Part shown: piece after piece, positions 18,796-21,887 of the stretch
How positions within the stretch are numbered: position 1 is the first letter of the stretch
How the letters are laid out: each line of letters begins with the position of its first letter
Source of the DNA: Macrostomum lignano
Lineage: Eukaryota
Direction of reading: 5' to 3'
Length of the DNA: 21,887 bases
Assembly: GCA_002269645.1 (NCBI GenBank)
Contig: NIVC01005199.1
Location: 1 to 21,887 of the forward strand
Position numbers and translations under genes: made by a program
Notes under the pieces: generated by a model
Database searches by the model: none
What the model saw: only the letters and a program-made list of their open reading frames with translations
What the model was told of the DNA's origin: nothing

Positions 18796-19032
18796 CTACA
18801 ATTGCCTAATGATTTCTGCAAAGTTATAATAGCTGTCGTAATCGTTAATGACTACTCCATACTTATGAAACCAATGTCTTTGGAGAGCTAGATTAATATT
18901 AGGGGCATTGATATCAACATCGGGCCAATATTTTCTCATGTACTCGCTGCATTCCTTCCTGCATTGGTACTTACTCTTGTAATTAGGCTCGTGCGCTTTG
19001 TAATAAGAACCTGGAGAGACAACTGGAAACAT
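18796..19032 (-). CDS. TIR-encoded 78-aa protein, intact right copy
   Basis: TAAAA-ATG start like the other element genes; uninterrupted ORF MFPVVSPG...FAEIIRQL*, duplicated in the left TIR. No family recognised. Confidence 0.65.
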   Translation of the reverse strand: MFPVVSPGSYYKAHEPNYKSKYQCRKECSEYMRKYWPDVDINAPNINLALQRHWFHKYGVVINDYDSYYNFAEIIRQL

Positions 19033-19486
19033 TTTTAGAGAAAAATTAGATTTTTTTCAATGGGTAAGGACCCTGCGCTGATGATTTAAAGTCTTAGGGA
19101 TGTGGTAGCACGTTGCGGATTGAATGTGTGGAGAAGAATGCAGATTATTTTCTGATTGTTTTAGAAATGTTATGGGTGGATGTCGGTGTCAATGAGCATA
19201 ACAGGTGTTAGTGGACATCTGTTATGCTCTGATTCTGTCAGGGATAGTAATGGATGGATTTAATAGGATTATGTTCGAAGTTTTCGGAGCAAGTGCGGCC
19301 CCTCCCCTTTTTCATGATTCTGTCAGGGATAATATGGATGGATTTAATGGGATTATGGAGGACGTTTTGTGAGCGAGTGCGACCCCCCTTTTTTTCTGAT
19401 TCTGTCGGGAATAATATAGATGGATTTAGGTGGATTATGGAGGAGGTGAAAAATTTTGTCCTAGAAGCCCCCTCATGCCTTCTACT
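18798..19486 (-). repeat. Right terminal inverted repeat (~689 bp)
   Basis: Reverse complement of 3444-4125 with substitutions and small indels; ends ...CATGCCTTCTACT at 19486. Confidence 0.95.
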
Positions 19487-21887
19487 GTCCTTTAAATTTC
19501 AAAACTATATTTGAAAGCTGAAAATATAGAAAATACTTACTACTTGGCATTTCTGAGCTATACTCCTGCATTCCAGTAGCACAATGAAGAAATGTTGCCA
19601 CAATTGCAATGAATTTCTAAAATGTTAGTCATAAGAGAAACTTAGCATGATATAGCAAATACAGCTGACTAAAAAACTATTTAAATATTTACTTACAAAG
19701 ATGAACAACATTTACAAGAAAGCATATAAAATTCTGAAAGATATAAATGAAGATATACTTGTAATAATTTAACAATATGCAAAATTATGCTAAAGTAGTA
19801 ACTAAAGTGCAATGTATATTTCTATAGGTTTTTATTGCAATATAAAAAGCAAAGTATAAAAATGGCTGATTATTGTTTCACAATAAATTCCTAATAGCCT
19901 TAGAAGTACCTGGAAAGTGGTATAGGCCTAGCAGATTATATAACTTGGTTTTGTATAATATATAATTTATTGTACAATTTGGCATATAGACAAATATTTT
20001 AGTAAAGGTGCCTAAACATTTTTTTAATATATTGGTGCCAAGGTCTATCTACTCCTTTACCATTTGCATAAATTCCAAAATTGGTTTATGAAATTTTACC
20101 ATTTGATTATTTTCATGCCTAATTAGAAAGGCTGTTCTAGCCACCTGAAATTTGAAAAAAATAAAGCAAGAATTCTACTATAGACTGAAAACAATAGTAT
20201 ATACACTCGCTAAAAATGTTATAGTAAATATATCCTATAAATATAAAGCTCTCTACAAATATAAAGCTCTTCTACAATGAGGCTCTTGTTAGAAGTCTAC
20301 TAGGATCTTGTCTTTATTAAACCTTAATAAGACTTTTAAAATTCTTGTCTTGACTCATTTTACAATTTTAAGAAATATAAAAAAGACAACCCATTATACA
20401 ATCGGTTTTACTTATATGATAAAAATGATAAAAATGATAAAGAGAGTAAAGATAATAAAGGGAGAGAATAAAGAACATAGTCAAAGGCAATCACATTGAT
20501 TGGCATTTGAGCACTATAGATATGTTTTGCATTGTCCATAGTAACAATATTACTGTGAGCTATACTCATATGTCTTTACTATAAGATAAGTGATTGTGCC
20601 TTCTGCATGGTGGGTGAGTTACTAGATTTTTGTGGATGCAGCTTCTTGGCTACATGAGTCTTAACCTTTTTACTCTGTTATCATGAATCTGTGTTCTAGT
20701 GGATGTTGGCAACCTGCATATGCATGCTTTCTGCCTTGCCACTAATGTATCCCTTTATTTATAGGCTGCCAAGCTGTGTCGGATACTCTTAGCCACCACA
20801 ACAGTGGCACCACCTTGCTGCTAAGTGCTTATACCAAGGAGAGCCATCAATAGACATGTCTTAGAGTGGCATAAGTTCTGTCTGCAATCTAGTTAGGACT
20901 TGGTCTATTGCCTTGTGGTAGCATTGCTCTGGTTTACCTTCTGGTTTACCATCTGGTTTACCTTTTAGGCACCAGGATACACTCCTTTAGTGATATTTCC
21001 TGTTGTGGCTAGCTCCCTATTGCTCTGGTTCTAAGTCAAATCTATGCTAGACTAGACCTGACCATGGATACTGCCATAACACTGCTTCTATGTGGCACCA
21101 AGTGCGAGTTGAGAATGCAAGCTACCAAGAAGCAGCTAGTATCCCTCTCTTCATGCTAGTGGAGCTGTGGCACCAACAACTAATGTTTATTGACAGGCCT
21201 GCAACTAGACCACTTTTTCAACAGCAAGCTAGCCATGGCCTATTTCAAGCAAAAAGTTCTTCTTTGCCCACAGCCTGTGACAAGGGGATGCAACCTAGGT
21301 GTTGATGCTAGGTCTACCTATGTTGGATGTCATGCTGGCTAGAGAAATGTTTGGCCTATGTTGGCTAGAGAAAAGAAGCAACACAATGCAGCAGTACCTG
21401 CCATAGTTCCATCAGATCAGATGGCGGGAGTCTGTTTCATTTTCTTATGTGGTCTGTGCCCTGTTTAAGTCACATTTTAGTGTTATTTGCATTCTTTTAC
21501 ATTTCCTGCTAATGCTAATATTGCTGATTTTAATTTTCCTTTTTTTTCTTTAATCTCGGCTTTGGAGGCTTTTGCTTTGCCTTTGTATTCTTGTAATCTC
21601 TGTGTTCCTCTGTTTACTTGTGGTGCTCTTTCTAGGTTGGGCACTAATGCCTTGGTTTTCTCTGAGGCATGCTAATGAGCAAACCACATTTAATACTTAT
21701 AGGGGGCTGGGTTTATGCCTGGGTCTGCAGGGTTGGCATGGGGTTGTTTATTGTATTGGTTTTTATCCTCCTATGTGCAGTAGTCTTCCTCTTCTGCCTG
21801 CTTAGGCATTAGAGTTTTTATGTCTAGTTTGCAGGAGCTTTTATGTTCGAGCTCTTGTTAACCTTGGACATTTAAAAAAATTCTCTT
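19487..21887. other. Host flank: AT-rich non-coding DNA, then CpG-depleted, probably decayed repeat-derived sequence
   Basis: Very few CG dinucleotides over 2.4 kb, with abundant CTAG, CATG, TG and CA. Short local repeats (CTGGTTTAC x3 near 20930-20960). No recognisable protein motif. Confidence 0.45.

Larger units (their letters stand above)
3444..19486. mobile_element. Full-length Polinton/Maverick (adintovirus-type endogenous dsDNA virus), 16,043 bp
   Basis: Long TIRs with 5'-AGTAG...CTACT-3' ends. Contains pPolB, DDE integrase, packaging ATPase, cysteine protease, major and minor capsid proteins and PLA2, the established Polinton gene set. No target-site duplication is visible. Confidence 0.97.

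Noticed and set aside
18543-18891. Plus-strand ORFs 18543-18788 and 18679-18891
   Set aside because: They overlap the TATA/HSE region and the TIR ORF antisense, have no recognisable motifs and have weak start context.
20308-21805. Short ORFs in the right flank
   Set aside because: They are low-complexity or compositionally biased, mostly with TTG starts, and contain no domain signature.
1-21887. Assigning a host species or a formal adintovirus class
   Set aside because: The sequence shows only a spliceosomal, GC3-rich, repeat-rich eukaryote. Assignment needs a BLAST of the MRPS2 exons and a PolB phylogeny, which I cannot run.

Overview
Eukaryotic (animal-like) genomic DNA. Bases 1-840 hold the last two recognisable coding exons of the host mitochondrial ribosomal protein S2 gene (GT-AG intron 81-558), followed by a ~1.8-kb 21-bp minisatellite, a GC-rich exon-like segment and a 31-bp tandem array. 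Bases 3444-19486 are a full-length (~16 kb) Polinton/Maverick (adintovirus-type endogenous DNA virus) bounded by ~685-bp terminal inverted repeats (AGTAG...CTACT). It carries minor and major capsid proteins, packaging ATPase, adenain-like protease, protein-primed PolB, retroviral-type integrase, parvovirus-type PLA2, several small membrane-active or core-like proteins, and an ORF duplicated inside both TIRs. Most viral genes are broken by frameshifts, nearly all repairable by adding one base to a short homopolymer, so the element may be intact and the breaks assembly error. Most notable, by manual reading: (i) a perfect four-unit heat-shock element 40 nt upstream of a TATA box preceding an unannotated HTH-like gene, suggesting a stress-induction switch; (ii) six (K/R)xGG or (K/R)xGxG motifs in putative virion precursors that parallel the adenovirus protease code; (iii) a TIR-encoded gene whose stop codon marks the TIR boundary; (iv) no target-site duplication and diverged arms. 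The right flank is AT-rich, CpG-poor host DNA. All calls come from motif recognition; no database searches were run.
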